Positions 29,861 through 39,332 of a DNA stretch of 64,000 nucleotides are shown here, piece by piece. The notes below the pieces were generated by a model. It saw nothing but the letters and a program-made list of their open reading frames with translations. It made no database searches and was not told the origin of the DNA. Positions within the stretch are counted from its first letter, which is position 1. Every line of letters starts with the position of its first letter. The position numbers and the translations under genes were made by a program. The DNA is from Candidatus Latescibacterota bacterium (lineage in GTDB: Bacteria > Latescibacterota > UBA2968 > GCA-2709665), in NCBI GenBank assembly GCA_965219995.1, contig CBDCOX010000002.1, positions 1,984,001 through 2,048,000 of the forward strand, written 5' to 3'.

Positions 29861-30141
29861 AAACCGGTGAGACGCAAGACGGTAGACGGGAGATGACGTC
29901 CTTGCCCGATTGGCTCGTCCTTAATGCCTCTGGCAAGAGATGCAACCGCACAGGGCAATAAAACCGGTGAGACGCAAGACGGTAGACGGTAGATGACATC
30001 CTTGCCCGATTGGTCCTTCCACTATGCCTGCGGCAAGAGATGATACCGAACAGGCACTCACATCATCTCCCGTCTTACGTCTCCCGTCTACCCTCTTTTT
30101 GGCACTGATATCCTCTCACGTCTTACGTCTCCCGTCTCACC
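29861..30141. repeat. Composite repeat: two tandem 100-bp units plus two inverted copies of the 7-bp-period GGTGAGACG...AGATGA head
   Basis: aaaccggtgagacgcaagacggtagacgg at both 29861 and 29961. Reverse-complement heads at 30063-30092 and 30111-30141. Confidence 0.92.
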
Positions 30142-30164
30142 GCCTCTTTATGCCTGGAAACAAG

Positions 30165-30197
30165 AAAGGAGGACGGTCCCGCGGACCGCCCCCCTTT
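30165..30197 (-). terminator. Intrinsic terminator after the PorV-family gene
   Basis: Minus strand aaaggggggcggtcc-gcg-ggaccgtcctccttt-cttg, 22 nt after the stop. Confidence 0.7.
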
Positions 30198-30218
30198 GTG
30201 TTTACCGCCCGTCAGCCC

Positions 30219-31265
30219 TTAGAACGTTCCGCCCACCGACAGACGCATCGGCGGATCGAAGATTCCCAGATCCGCGTTATGGTAAGAGAGGTCCACGGTG
30301 ATCAGCTGACCGCCCGGGAGTTCGTGCTTCAGGCCGGCGCCGACGCTCCAGCTTTCGAGGGCCGTATGCGTCCGGTATCCGGCGCGAAGCGCCAGCGTGT
30401 TCTCCAGCCAGAGTTCCCCGCCCATGCGGGTGATCGGCCGGAAGTCCGTTACGAACTCGTGCTCGAGCGAGAGCGTGAAGTATCCCGGGTCGCCCTTCTG
30501 CCCGAAAATCTCCATCGCTCCACCGAGGGAGTACGTGGTGGGCATCACCGCCGTGAAACCGCCTTCCGTTGCCTTGACGTTCGGGCCCAGGTTCCGGAAA
30601 CTCATGGCGATCCTGCTGCTCCGGTACCCGGTGTAGAAGTGGGTGCCGATGCTGTAGTCCAGCGTGGACACCTTCTCCAGGTGAAGATCTTCCTGGATCC
30701 AGCGAATCTGACCGCCCAGCATGAATTTATCGGTCATCTTCTTCGCAAATACCGCACCCAGAGCGATATCACCTGCCCGAAACATGGTTCCCGTGCCCCA
30801 CGGCGCCGTCGGGGTGGTGACCTCCATCTCCTCCGTTGTAAAGCTGTTTACGGTAAACCCGATGACCCCGAAGCCGGCGTTGAACGCCAGCGCCCCGGAA
30901 ATCGTTGAGGAATTGGTCAACCAGCGGGTGTAATTCAGGGAATAGGCCACGTTTTCGATGTGCCCCAGGCCCGCGGCGTTCCAGAACGCGGACGAGATGT
31001 CGTCCGATATTGCCGTGTAAGCCCCGCCCATGGCCTCGGCGCGGGCGCTCTGGCCGATTTTCAGAAACGGGAACTCGGAGAGTCCCACGCGCTCGACCCA
31101 GAGACCCCAGGCCTTGTCGACGTTCTCCATCTTCGGATCGATCAACGCCCCGTCGCGCGACCCGGTGCCGGGCGCCGGCTGCTCAACCGCCCCCGCCGGC
31201 GTCACGGACAGGAGAGCGACGGTCACGAGGGCCAATCCCAAGATGATCCATCCTTTTTTCATCAC
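30219..31265 (-). CDS. PorV/PorQ family outer-membrane barrel
   Basis: Signal peptide, FLKIGQSARAEAMGGAYTAISDD..S.FWNAAGL, LALRAGY, terminal Phe. Confidence 0.88.
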   Translation of the reverse strand: MMKKGWIILGLALVTVALLSVTPAGAVEQPAPGTGSRDGALIDPKMENVDKAWGLWVERVGLSEFPFLKIGQSARAEAMGGAYTAISDDISSAFWNAAGLGHIENVAYSLNYTRWLTNSSTISGALAFNAGFGVIGFTVNSFTTEEMEVTTPTAPWGTGTMFRAGDIALGAVFAKKMTDKFMLGGQIRWIQEDLHLEKVSTLDYSIGTHFYTGYRSSRIAMSFRNLGPNVKATEGGFTAVMPTTYSLGGAMEIFGQKGDPGYFTLSLEHEFVTDFRPITRMGGELWLENTLALRAGYRTHTALESWSVGAGLKHELPGGQLITVDLSYHNADLGIFDPPMRLSVGGTF

Positions 31266-31292
31266 TAATCTCCTTAATCGTCGCGAGGTCCG

Positions 31293-33680
31293 TTAACGGA
31301 TCACCACAAACGTACCGGTCTTGATCTTACCGGCGGCCGCCGAACCTTCAACGCCATGCACGGCATAGAAATAGATTCCCGGGCCCACAAGCGCCCGGAT
31401 CGTGGAATAAGGACGGCCGGTCCAGCTTGTCTCGCTGGATGAAATGGCCTTCTGTCGCAATACCTGGATCAACTGTCCGGCGGTATTGAAGATATAGATG
31501 AACGAGTTTGACGGCACGTTCACAAACCGGATTTTCAGACCGCCGCCGTACTCGTTGGTGCCGTTGGCCATATAGGGGTTCGGCACCACCACGATGTCCC
31601 GTTCCAGCGCGTCGGCTGCCGCCACGTAGGGCAGCACGGGAGACCCGCGGTTTACCTGCAGGAAGTTGGAAAAAGGCCCCTCCTGCCCGTTCTGCAGGAA
31701 CTTCTGCGCCCTGGGCGGGAGATCCGCAAACGTCATGTTTCCGTCGTTGTTCGCCCAGTCGTTATGCGGTTCCTGGTAAGCCCGAATACTGTAGTAATAG
31801 AAGAATCCGGCGTTGGAACTCGCATCGGACCAGCCGTACATCCCAGGCCGTGCGGCGCGGCGGCCGTCATTCGCCTGGTTCGCCAGCCCAACCGCCGTAT
31901 TCTCGTTTCCTTCCGCCGCCGCCACGGGCCAGTCGGCGCCCGCGTCGTACGTGACACCCGCCGGCAGAGGCCCGCCAACCGGAATGTCGCCGACCAGCGA
32001 GAACGGACCCGTAGCCGTGAGCGTTCCCCGCAGTCCGCGGTATATACGGAACCCTGCAATGTCGGCGGAGCCGTAATCGGGATGAACGGCGCCCTGGGAC
32101 TCGGCCGCCCAGAACAGCTTCACCTTGGCGTTTTCGTCACTCTTGACGTAGACGTCGACGTCCGGAGGGCCGTCCGGAATGTCAAACCCGCTCTGATAGG
32201 CGAACAGAGCGTGCTCGAGGTGCTCGACAATGGCCTGCTCGCCCTGCAGGAAGCTGGCCTTGTCCGCCGTAAGCGACCACTGCCAGATGTCGATGGGGCT
32301 CTTGCCGGGGCCGGCATACTCGGCGCCGGAGCCGGCCACGTAGGCCACGATAACCTTGGCCTTGTCGCCGGGGCCGAGCGCCCACGGACCGTACACCTGC
32401 GCGTTCGTGAATCCGCCCACGGCCGTGGGATTGTCCTGTGCGGTCGCGGCGGTCAACTTGGAGAATGCCTCGGAAGGGGTCTCACCCTCGAGGACGGGCT
32501 CGTCATAGTCAGCCGTTGTGCGTACATTCCACCAGCCCTGGTAGGACGGCTGGTCTCCCGCGGGCTGCACGTACTGACCGGCGTCGTGCATGTTGAACGC
32601 GTGACGGGGGTCGTCCGGACTGTCCGCGAAAGCGATCGGCGCCATGCCCACGAATGAATGGGACGCCAGCTTGCCGTCGGGGAAGGCCATCTCCTTCAGG
32701 TCGGAGGTCTCGATATCCTTGATCCACGGGTCACCGGTATCCTCCCACGCCTTGAACGGGCTGTCGCCGTCCCACTGATAGCTCAGCTTGAGTCCCTGCG
32801 CCCTGGCCGCACTGATAAATGCCGGGCCGCCGGCGCCGCCGTCCACGTAGTTTCCGGCTTCCGTGTAGCGGAAGTTATCGTCTAGACCGTCGTCCAGCCA
32901 CCGCCACCAGCGTCCGCCGCCGGTGTTGTTGTCTGAGGTCTCATTGATCTTCCAGGTGGCCACCAGCGGCAGGTACACCTCGTTGTGACGGTCGCTGCCG
33001 GTGTTCTCCAGGGTGAATTCCGCGATCACGAAATCGTCGAACATCTGGTGGGACCAGTTGTGGACCTTGCGGGTGATCGTGATGTCGAACTTGTTGGTCC
33101 ACTTGGCAACCAGAATCTCCTCGGCAAACGAATCATCCGGCGTGTATTCGCCCGGAGAGTAGTTGCGGATGAGTCTGGGCGGCGCGCTGACGTCATTCTC
33201 GTCGGGCACGACCGCGCCCGGCCAGTAGTTGCTGGCCGGCGAGAACGACCCGGAACGCCCCTGCTCCCATTCCGTGGCCGCGCCCAGGTGCGCTTCAGGT
33301 CCGCTCGACGGGTCATAGACGAGCGGCGTGATATCGACGCTCTTGCCCCGCGGTCCGGTCCAGGCCGCATCCACGCCGCCGGGTCCCACGACCATGATCC
33401 ACGTGCCGAAGCCGACGGCGTTTCCGCCCCGGCGGGTATAGTTGGAACTGGCGTTGCTGCTGGGGATGTTCGCCCAGCCGGGATACCAGAACATATCCGG
33501 CTCGCCGGTCTGCCCGCTACCGAGGTTCCACCCGCCCATGGTGCCATCCGAGTTCCAGCTGATCTGGACGTGGCTCCGGCTGGTGGACAGCCGCGGGGTG
33601 TCGCTCTGGTCTACGGCCCAGGCGCCCACTGGCAGGAGCAAGCCGCAGACAAGCGCCATAAGCTTGATGCCTGGTTTCAT
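31293..33680 (-). CDS. Secreted protein with Fn3-like domain and T9SS-type C-terminal sorting domain
   Basis: Signal peptide, GFRIYR...YYYSIRAY, then IVVVPNPY...IRFVNVP...IYIFNTAGQLI...W...GIYFYAV...TFVVIR. Confidence 0.75.
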   Translation of the reverse strand: MKPGIKLMALVCGLLLPVGAWAVDQSDTPRLSTSRSHVQISWNSDGTMGGWNLGSGQTGEPDMFWYPGWANIPSSNASSNYTRRGGNAVGFGTWIMVVGPGGVDAAWTGPRGKSVDITPLVYDPSSGPEAHLGAATEWEQGRSGSFSPASNYWPGAVVPDENDVSAPPRLIRNYSPGEYTPDDSFAEEILVAKWTNKFDITITRKVHNWSHQMFDDFVIAEFTLENTGSDRHNEVYLPLVATWKINETSDNNTGGGRWWRWLDDGLDDNFRYTEAGNYVDGGAGGPAFISAARAQGLKLSYQWDGDSPFKAWEDTGDPWIKDIETSDLKEMAFPDGKLASHSFVGMAPIAFADSPDDPRHAFNMHDAGQYVQPAGDQPSYQGWWNVRTTADYDEPVLEGETPSEAFSKLTAATAQDNPTAVGGFTNAQVYGPWALGPGDKAKVIVAYVAGSGAEYAGPGKSPIDIWQWSLTADKASFLQGEQAIVEHLEHALFAYQSGFDIPDGPPDVDVYVKSDENAKVKLFWAAESQGAVHPDYGSADIAGFRIYRGLRGTLTATGPFSLVGDIPVGGPLPAGVTYDAGADWPVAAAEGNENTAVGLANQANDGRRAARPGMYGWSDASSNAGFFYYYSIRAYQEPHNDWANNDGNMTFADLPPRAQKFLQNGQEGPFSNFLQVNRGSPVLPYVAAADALERDIVVVPNPYMANGTNEYGGGLKIRFVNVPSNSFIYIFNTAGQLIQVLRQKAISSSETSWTGRPYSTIRALVGPGIYFYAVHGVEGSAAAGKIKTGTFVVIR

Positions 33681-33703
33681 ACTTGCTTCTCCCTTTCTTT
33701 AAT

Positions 33704-33735
33704 AACGGGGGGCGGGAAAACAATCGCCCCCCGTT
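33704..33735 (-). promoter_or_regulatory. Intercistronic stem-loop between the TBDR and CTD-protein genes (mRNA stabiliser or partial terminator)
   Basis: aacggggggcg...cgccccccgtt perfect stem with no long U tract. Confidence 0.6.
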
Positions 33736-33749
33736 GAATGTTACCGGGT

Positions 33750-36700
33750 TTAGAAGTTGACTTTCAGGCCCACGCCCACCTCGCGCGGCTTCCCGTAGTA
33801 CCGGGTCAACTCGTTGTAATCCCCGTACGTCAGGTAGTCCTGGTCGTTCGGCCGCGGCACGTTCAGACCCCAGCGGACGAAGTCCGGATAGGAACCGCCC
33901 ACGGGGCTGTCCTGCTGGTTGAACAGGTTGAAGATCTCCAGGTAGGCAACGGCGTTCCTGTGCCCGCCCTCCACGAGGGTCTTCTCAACCTGCAGGTCGG
34001 TCCAGGTGCGGATGGGTCTGTGACGCAGCTCCGGCTGCTTTCCGGGCGGCGTGTACCAGATTGGACTGCCGCTCTGGATGCGCCAGACCATATTGGCGCG
34101 CAGGCCGCCCACCGCGTGGAACTGGCGCAGCCCGGGGCCGAAGTCCATGGGCGTGTCCAGGTACAGCGAGAGGCTGGACTGGACGCGCAGGTCGGACCCC
34201 TTGGGGTTGAACAGACGGCCGCCGCCGTAGGTGGGCTGCCACACGCCGTTCATATTGGCCGGCGCATCGTAGGCCTTCTGGATGTCCATGAACTCGAAGA
34301 TCACGAACTGATAGCTGTTGGTGATCCCTCTTGCCCTGCCGCGCCACCAGCTGGCCACCCTCGTGGCGAGTTTCATCCGCTCTTCCAGTGAGAAATCCTT
34401 ACGCACGTACGCCGAGCCGTTCCATTCCCAGTCGTGGTACTGGTCCGGATTCATCACGTACGAGGAATCCGGGTAGAACATGGTGGCGTTGGAGCCCACG
34501 CGCGCCGTAGACGCCCAGCCGAAGTTGACGGCCGCGTTGAACGAGAAGTAGTGGCTGAAGCCCTTGCGCACGTGCAGCTCGAGACCTCGCATGTCCTGGT
34601 AGGTGCTGGGCTTGCGGCCCCAGACCCACGTTGTGCGCTGCGGCTCGTACCAGTAGCGGCTGCCGGAGGAAATCTTCCCGATAGCACTCTTGTAGTATGC
34701 CGCAATACCCGCCGTGTAGTCGGCCACGAAGTTCCAGTCGGCGCCCGCCTCGTAAGCCCGGGTACGCGTGAGGGACACGTAGGGGTTCGCCATCCGGACC
34801 TGACCGTGCAGACCCCGGAACGCGTCCCACGCCACGTGGGCGTCGGGGCCGTTCGCGCGCCACTGTTCGCGGAAGTACTCGAACAGGTCGGGCACCTTCG
34901 CGTACAGCCCGGCCGTAAAGTGGAAGGCGGACCGTTGCGTGATGGGATGGGAAATCCCGAAGCGCGGGCTGAACTGGGTCGCCCACTGCGGGTCGACCGT
35001 GACCATGTCCACGTGCTTGATGAGCCAGCGGTTCTGTGGCGTCTGAAGCTGCGAGACGTTGTAGAACCGGTGGTTGGTGTACAGCGCGTCGAACCGGATG
35101 CCCGCGTTCATCACCATCCCCTCGAACTCCATCTTGTCCTGCAGGTAGAACCCGATCTGAATGGGGTTGATGGGGGCCTTCACGTCGGGGAGATTGCCCG
35201 AGTGGGTAATGAAGTCCACGATGCGCTGGCTCGGGTTGGGCGAGTTGTAGTTCAGGTAATAGATGCTGAACCGGGTGAGATCCACGCCCCCCTTTACGAA
35301 ATGGCCCTTGGTGACCTGAGAAGACACGTCCAGCTTGAGGTTCAGCCGGCTGCGGTCCGCGATGGTGTAATTCGCGACGTTATTGGGCTTCACGTTGAAC
35401 CAGCCGTCCAGGTCTTTCTCGCCGAATACCGTTACCGGGAAACCGAAGCTGTCCTTCGGCCAGCCGGTTTCCTGGGTGTCTTCCAGCGTCGTGTAGAACG
35501 ACACCCTGGCTTCGTAAAACGTTTTCGGCGACACCGTGTGGGTCAGGGACGCGTAGGTGACCCGGTCGGTTACCTTGCGCCCGCCCGCGCCCGACCCCTC
35601 CGGCAGGAACACGTTCTGGCCGTTGGAGGCCCGGTCGCGCTGGGTGTTCGTTCCCCTGTTGTAATATTCCGCCACCGAGTAAATCTGCCCGATGCTCACC
35701 TTCGCGTCGGCGCCCGGGCGGAACGTCAGCTTGGCGTTACCCCTGAAATCCAGCGGCGTTTCCAGCGTGGGAAACCCGCCCGACATCACGCTGGTCAGGC
35801 TGGTGGCGCCGAGGCTCGGGTCGAACGTGGCATTGCGTACGGACGTGTTCAACACATCCGTGGGCTGCCTGGTCCACCGGGCGCTCGCAAAGAAGCTGGC
35901 CTGGTCGCCCAGCGGGCCCGAAACGCCGCCCTCGATATATGAACCCTTTATGTCTGTATAGTCCACGGCCCTGTGCGCCAGACCGACCTCGTCGTCGGGC
36001 GTTCCCGGAACGCCATCCTCGCCGTTGCTCAGGATCACCGTTTCGGCGCGCCATTCCCGATCGTCCCACTTGAGCTTGTCACGGTGATACGCGCTTTCGT
36101 AGAGGTTTGACCCCCAGTGCTTCTGGCTCGGCGGAGTATAGCGGAAATCGCCCCAGCCCCGGAAGTCCCGCCCGCCGTCTTTCGTAATGATGGAGACCGC
36201 GCCGGACTCCAGGTTTCCGTATTCGGCGCTCGCGCCTCCCGAAATCACCGTGATTTCCTGCACGGCGGTCTTGGAGGGACCGGTGAACTGCCGGCCGTAC
36301 CCGTCATTGTTCGGCAGGACAATGCCGTCCACCATCAGGATGCCGTCTTTCGAGTCCCCGCCCCGGATGACGTTGGCGTTGGTGAGCTGCACGCCCGGAT
36401 TCAGCGTGACCAGATCCGTGACCGACCGCGCCATCGGCAGCGACTCCAGCTGCTCGGCGCCCATGACGTAATGGCTGGTGGTCTTGTCGGGCTCCACCGG
36501 CGGGCGTTCCGCCGTAACCACGAGTTCCTCGGCTTCCAGCGCCGTTTCTTTCAGCTGGAAATCCACGGTCGTGGTGAAGTCCGCCTGTATACGCACGTCC
36601 GTCTTGGTAACGGCGTTGTACCCGACCATAGAGGCCACGAGAGTCAGGTTGCCCGGGTCGACCGAAAGGAGCAGATAGTATCCGTCCGCATCCGATTGGG

Positions 36701-36875
36701 CGCCCCTTCGCGTGCCCTCGATCACGACGTTCACGCCGGGCAGCGGTTCGCCGGACGCCGCGTCCATCACGCGCCCGGTCAGTTTGCCGGTCTGGCCCGC
36801 GAACACGCCGGCGGTGAGGCCGACGAGCACAAAGACCGCAACCGGCAAAGCCACAAACAACTTCCATCTGTTCAT
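33750..36875 (-). CDS. TonB-dependent receptor with N-terminal carboxypeptidase-regulatory-like domain
   Basis: Signal peptide, GKLTGRV.D..SGEPLPGVNV, plug IRGG...VDG...GGASAEYGN..SG, FSPRFGISHPIT, C-terminal GLKVNF. Confidence 0.92.
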   Translation of the reverse strand: MNRWKLFVALPVAVFVLVGLTAGVFAGQTGKLTGRVMDAASGEPLPGVNVVIEGTRRGAQSDADGYYLLLSVDPGNLTLVASMVGYNAVTKTDVRIQADFTTTVDFQLKETALEAEELVVTAERPPVEPDKTTSHYVMGAEQLESLPMARSVTDLVTLNPGVQLTNANVIRGGDSKDGILMVDGIVLPNNDGYGRQFTGPSKTAVQEITVISGGASAEYGNLESGAVSIITKDGGRDFRGWGDFRYTPPSQKHWGSNLYESAYHRDKLKWDDREWRAETVILSNGEDGVPGTPDDEVGLAHRAVDYTDIKGSYIEGGVSGPLGDQASFFASARWTRQPTDVLNTSVRNATFDPSLGATSLTSVMSGGFPTLETPLDFRGNAKLTFRPGADAKVSIGQIYSVAEYYNRGTNTQRDRASNGQNVFLPEGSGAGGRKVTDRVTYASLTHTVSPKTFYEARVSFYTTLEDTQETGWPKDSFGFPVTVFGEKDLDGWFNVKPNNVANYTIADRSRLNLKLDVSSQVTKGHFVKGGVDLTRFSIYYLNYNSPNPSQRIVDFITHSGNLPDVKAPINPIQIGFYLQDKMEFEGMVMNAGIRFDALYTNHRFYNVSQLQTPQNRWLIKHVDMVTVDPQWATQFSPRFGISHPITQRSAFHFTAGLYAKVPDLFEYFREQWRANGPDAHVAWDAFRGLHGQVRMANPYVSLTRTRAYEAGADWNFVADYTAGIAAYYKSAIGKISSGSRYWYEPQRTTWVWGRKPSTYQDMRGLELHVRKGFSHYFSFNAAVNFGWASTARVGSNATMFYPDSSYVMNPDQYHDWEWNGSAYVRKDFSLEERMKLATRVASWWRGRARGITNSYQFVIFEFMDIQKAYDAPANMNGVWQPTYGGGRLFNPKGSDLRVQSSLSLYLDTPMDFGPGLRQFHAVGGLRANMVWRIQSGSPIWYTPPGKQPELRHRPIRTWTDLQVEKTLVEGGHRNAVAYLEIFNLFNQQDSPVGGSYPDFVRWGLNVPRPNDQDYLTYGDYNELTRYYGKPREVGVGLKVNF

Positions 36876-36905
36876 CTGAAAACCTCCTTCGAGAATACTC
36901 AGCGG

Positions 36906-37604
36906 CTATTTACCGCTGAAGTAGAACTTAATCCCGGCTCCGAAGTCCAGCATCTGCAGAGGGAAGGTCTCGGAAAGCTCCCAGTCTTCAAGACCCCGAA
37001 GGTCCCCGATCATTATATTGTATCGTCCGCGGAGGTCCACCGCCACGTTTTCGATCACGAACGCTTCGACGCCCAGTCCGGCGTTAATCCCCAGCGCGAA
37101 CCGCTGGTCGGTGAACGGTTCCAGTTCGAGGACCAGGTCTCCCGTCTGCCCGGGCCACAGCAGCCCGCTGACGTCGTTCTTGTACCGGTAGAATCCGCCG
37201 CCCACCGCGACGTACGGGGCGAAACTGCTGGCCGCAAACGGCTGGCCGACCTGCCGCAGGCGGACGAGCGCGTTTACCAGCAGGCTGTTCAGGCTCATGT
37301 TGCTTGACGCGTTCGGGCTGGTATAGGCTTGACCGTCCGTCCAGGTGAACGTGCGTGTCAGCAGGCTCCCGTCTGTGAAATTCCCGTGGTGAAACTCCAG
37401 CTCCACGGTAACGTTCGACGCCGGCACGTACGCCGCGTTCAATCCGAACTTGGAATCGTTGTCGTACCACTCGCCCAGACCGAAGACCGGCACGTTGTAA
37501 TTCGCGAACACGCCGACCCCCCAACTTCCTTCCTGGGCAACGGCAGGCCAGGTTGAAACCGCCAACACAAGAATCAACAGGCCAACAACCCTGAACACCT
37601 TCAT
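36906..37604 (-). CDS. Small outer-membrane beta-barrel protein (OmpA-like/porin family)
   Basis: Signal peptide, PYVAVGGGFY, GINAGLGVE, amphipathic C-terminal strand. AAGGAGGT RBS before ATG 37604. Confidence 0.8.
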   Translation of the reverse strand: MKVFRVVGLLILVLAVSTWPAVAQEGSWGVGVFANYNVPVFGLGEWYDNDSKFGLNAAYVPASNVTVELEFHHGNFTDGSLLTRTFTWTDGQAYTSPNASSNMSLNSLLVNALVRLRQVGQPFAASSFAPYVAVGGGFYRYKNDVSGLLWPGQTGDLVLELEPFTDQRFALGINAGLGVEAFVIENVAVDLRGRYNIMIGDLRGLEDWELSETFPLQMLDFGAGIKFYFSGK

Positions 37605-37745
37605 ACACACCTCCTTACTTTGGAAGATGACTTATCCCCACCACCCTGCCAAACGTTTGCAATCTGCTGCGAAACAACTAACGACGTGCGAATCATGCTC
37701 TGCAAAAATACTCGCGGTCTGCTCGACTTTCCACCCCCTCTCGGA

Positions 37746-37787
37746 CAAAAAAAGGGGCATCACTGTCCGGAAACCGGCAGCGCCCCG
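37746..37787 (-). terminator. Intrinsic terminator inside the 5' leader of the OMP-TBDR operon
   Basis: Minus strand ggggc-gctgccgg-ttt-ccggacagtgat-gcccc-ttttttt. Confidence 0.7.
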
Positions 37788-37914
37788 TTAATACACTCCT
37801 GCTTCATGCGTATGGAATTTATGATAAACGACTACGCAGTAGCAATTTAGCATAAGCCGACCATTTGACGCGTTGAATCGCTGTTGTTGAGCATAACCGC
37901 AGGTTAATCGACAG

Positions 37915-37943
37915 AAGATATACAACATTTTCAGAGTTGTCAA
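37915..37943 (-). promoter_or_regulatory. Sigma70 promoter upstream of the OMP-TBDR operon
   Basis: TTGACA-N17-TATCTT on the minus strand. Confidence 0.7.
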
Positions 37944-38073
37944 CCCTTTTTCTCGTGTTATTTTCGAAGACTTACCGTTCGGCCCTGACCCGCGCGCAGC
38001 GGGCCGGATCGCCTGTTCGCACACGTTGAAACGCGACAGCCGAATCGGCAGACCTGTACCGTCTTTCGGAACG

Positions 38074-38946
38074 CTACGGGGCCAGGGCCTCGAGCACCGT
38101 TTCGCCGATGTCGGCCGGGCTGTTGCAGACCCGTATTCCCGCGGCGCTCAGGGCCGCCACCTTCTCCTCTGCCGTGCCCTTTCCGCCTGAAATAATGGCG
38201 CCGGCGTGACCCATGCGCCTGCCCGAAGGCGCGGTCTGGCCCGCTATAAAGCCGACCACGGGCTTCGGGAAGGCGTGTTTCACGTATTCCGCAGCCTGCT
38301 CTTCGGCGCCGCCTCCGATCTCTCCGATCATCACGACGCATTCGGTATCGGGATCCTTCGCGAAGGCATCGAGACAGTCGATAAAGCTCGTTCCGGTTAC
38401 GGGATCGCCGCCGATACCCACGCACGTGGTCTGCCCGAGATCCAGGGCGGTCAGCTGGGCGACCGCCTCGTAGGTCAGGGTTCCGCTGCGTGAAATGACA
38501 CCCACGTTCCCGCTCCTGTGGATCTCCGCGGGCATAATCCCGATCTTACACTTGCCGGGAGATATGACTCCCGGACAGTTCGGACCGATCAGCCGGGTGG
38601 AACGCGAGCCGAGAAAGTGTTTTACCTTCACCATGTCCAGCACCGGGATGCCTTCGCTGATGCACACAATCAGGCTCAGACCGGCATCCGCGGCTTCAAT
38701 GACTGCGTCCGCCGAAAAGGCCGCCGGCACAAACACGATCGAGGCGTCGGCGCCGGTAGCGGCGACCGCGTCCGATACCGTGTTGAAGACCGGTACGCCT
38801 TCGACGCGATCGCCGGCCTTGCCCGGCGTGACTCCCGCGACGATCCGCGTGCCGTAGTCCAGCATCTGTCGGGTGTGGAACGAGCCTTCGCTGCCGGTGA
38901 TGGCCTGCACTACCACTCGGGTTTCGCTGTCTATAAATATGCTCAT
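38074..38946 (-). CDS. sucD: Succinyl-CoA ligase alpha subunit
   Basis: [47 protein letters not shown] (phospho-His). Confidence 0.97.
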   Translation of the reverse strand: MSIFIDSETRVVVQAITGSEGSFHTRQMLDYGTRIVAGVTPGKAGDRVEGVPVFNTVSDAVAATGADASIVFVPAAFSADAVIEAADAGLSLIVCISEGIPVLDMVKVKHFLGSRSTRLIGPNCPGVISPGKCKIGIMPAEIHRSGNVGVISRSGTLTYEAVAQLTALDLGQTTCVGIGGDPVTGTSFIDCLDAFAKDPDTECVVMIGEIGGGAEEQAAEYVKHAFPKPVVGFIAGQTAPSGRRMGHAGAIISGGKGTAEEKVAALSAAGIRVCNSPADIGETVLEALAP

Positions 38947-38990
38947 TGAAAATCCGTTCTTCATACCCTTCGCGTATTGCTTCCCAAAGC

Positions 38991-39321
38991 GGTGAGACGG
39001 GAGACGTAAGAGGTGAGATGATGACATCGCGTCCAAAGCATGACGATACGGGCTGGCGGTGTCAATTCATCAATTCGCGAAGACCTGTCTCCTGCGTGAA
39101 AGCAAATATCGAGTGGGTTGTCCGCCGACAGGCGTTCAGTCAGGTGCGATGGATAAACCACATGCGGACCAATTCGTCTACCGTCTCCCGGCTCACCTCT
39201 CCCCGGTCTTTTTGTCTCACCGCCTTTATTGCCCGGTGCGGTTTCATTTCTTGCCGAAGGCATAACGGAAGAACCAATCGGGCAAGGATGTCATCTACCC
39301 TCTTGCGTCTTACGTCTCACC
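38991..39321. repeat. Second composite repeat of the 7-bp-period/100-bp-unit family
   Basis: Forward head at 38991-39021. A full unit on the minus strand at ~39222-39321 matches the 29861 unit (gatgacatccttgcccgattgg...tgccttcggcaagaaatg..accgcaccgggcaata). Confidence 0.9.
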
Positions 39322-39332
39322 TTTTCAAGCAG

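Noticed and set aside
29946-29980. gcacagggcaa...gagacgcaa resembling a c-di-GMP-I riboswitch
   Set aside because: It lacks the GNRA-capped stem and the second hairpin, and is explained as the junction of two repeat units.
26783-30141. Tandem repeats as a CRISPR array
   Set aside because: Only two units at each locus, the 'spacers' are homologous to each other, and no cas genes are present.
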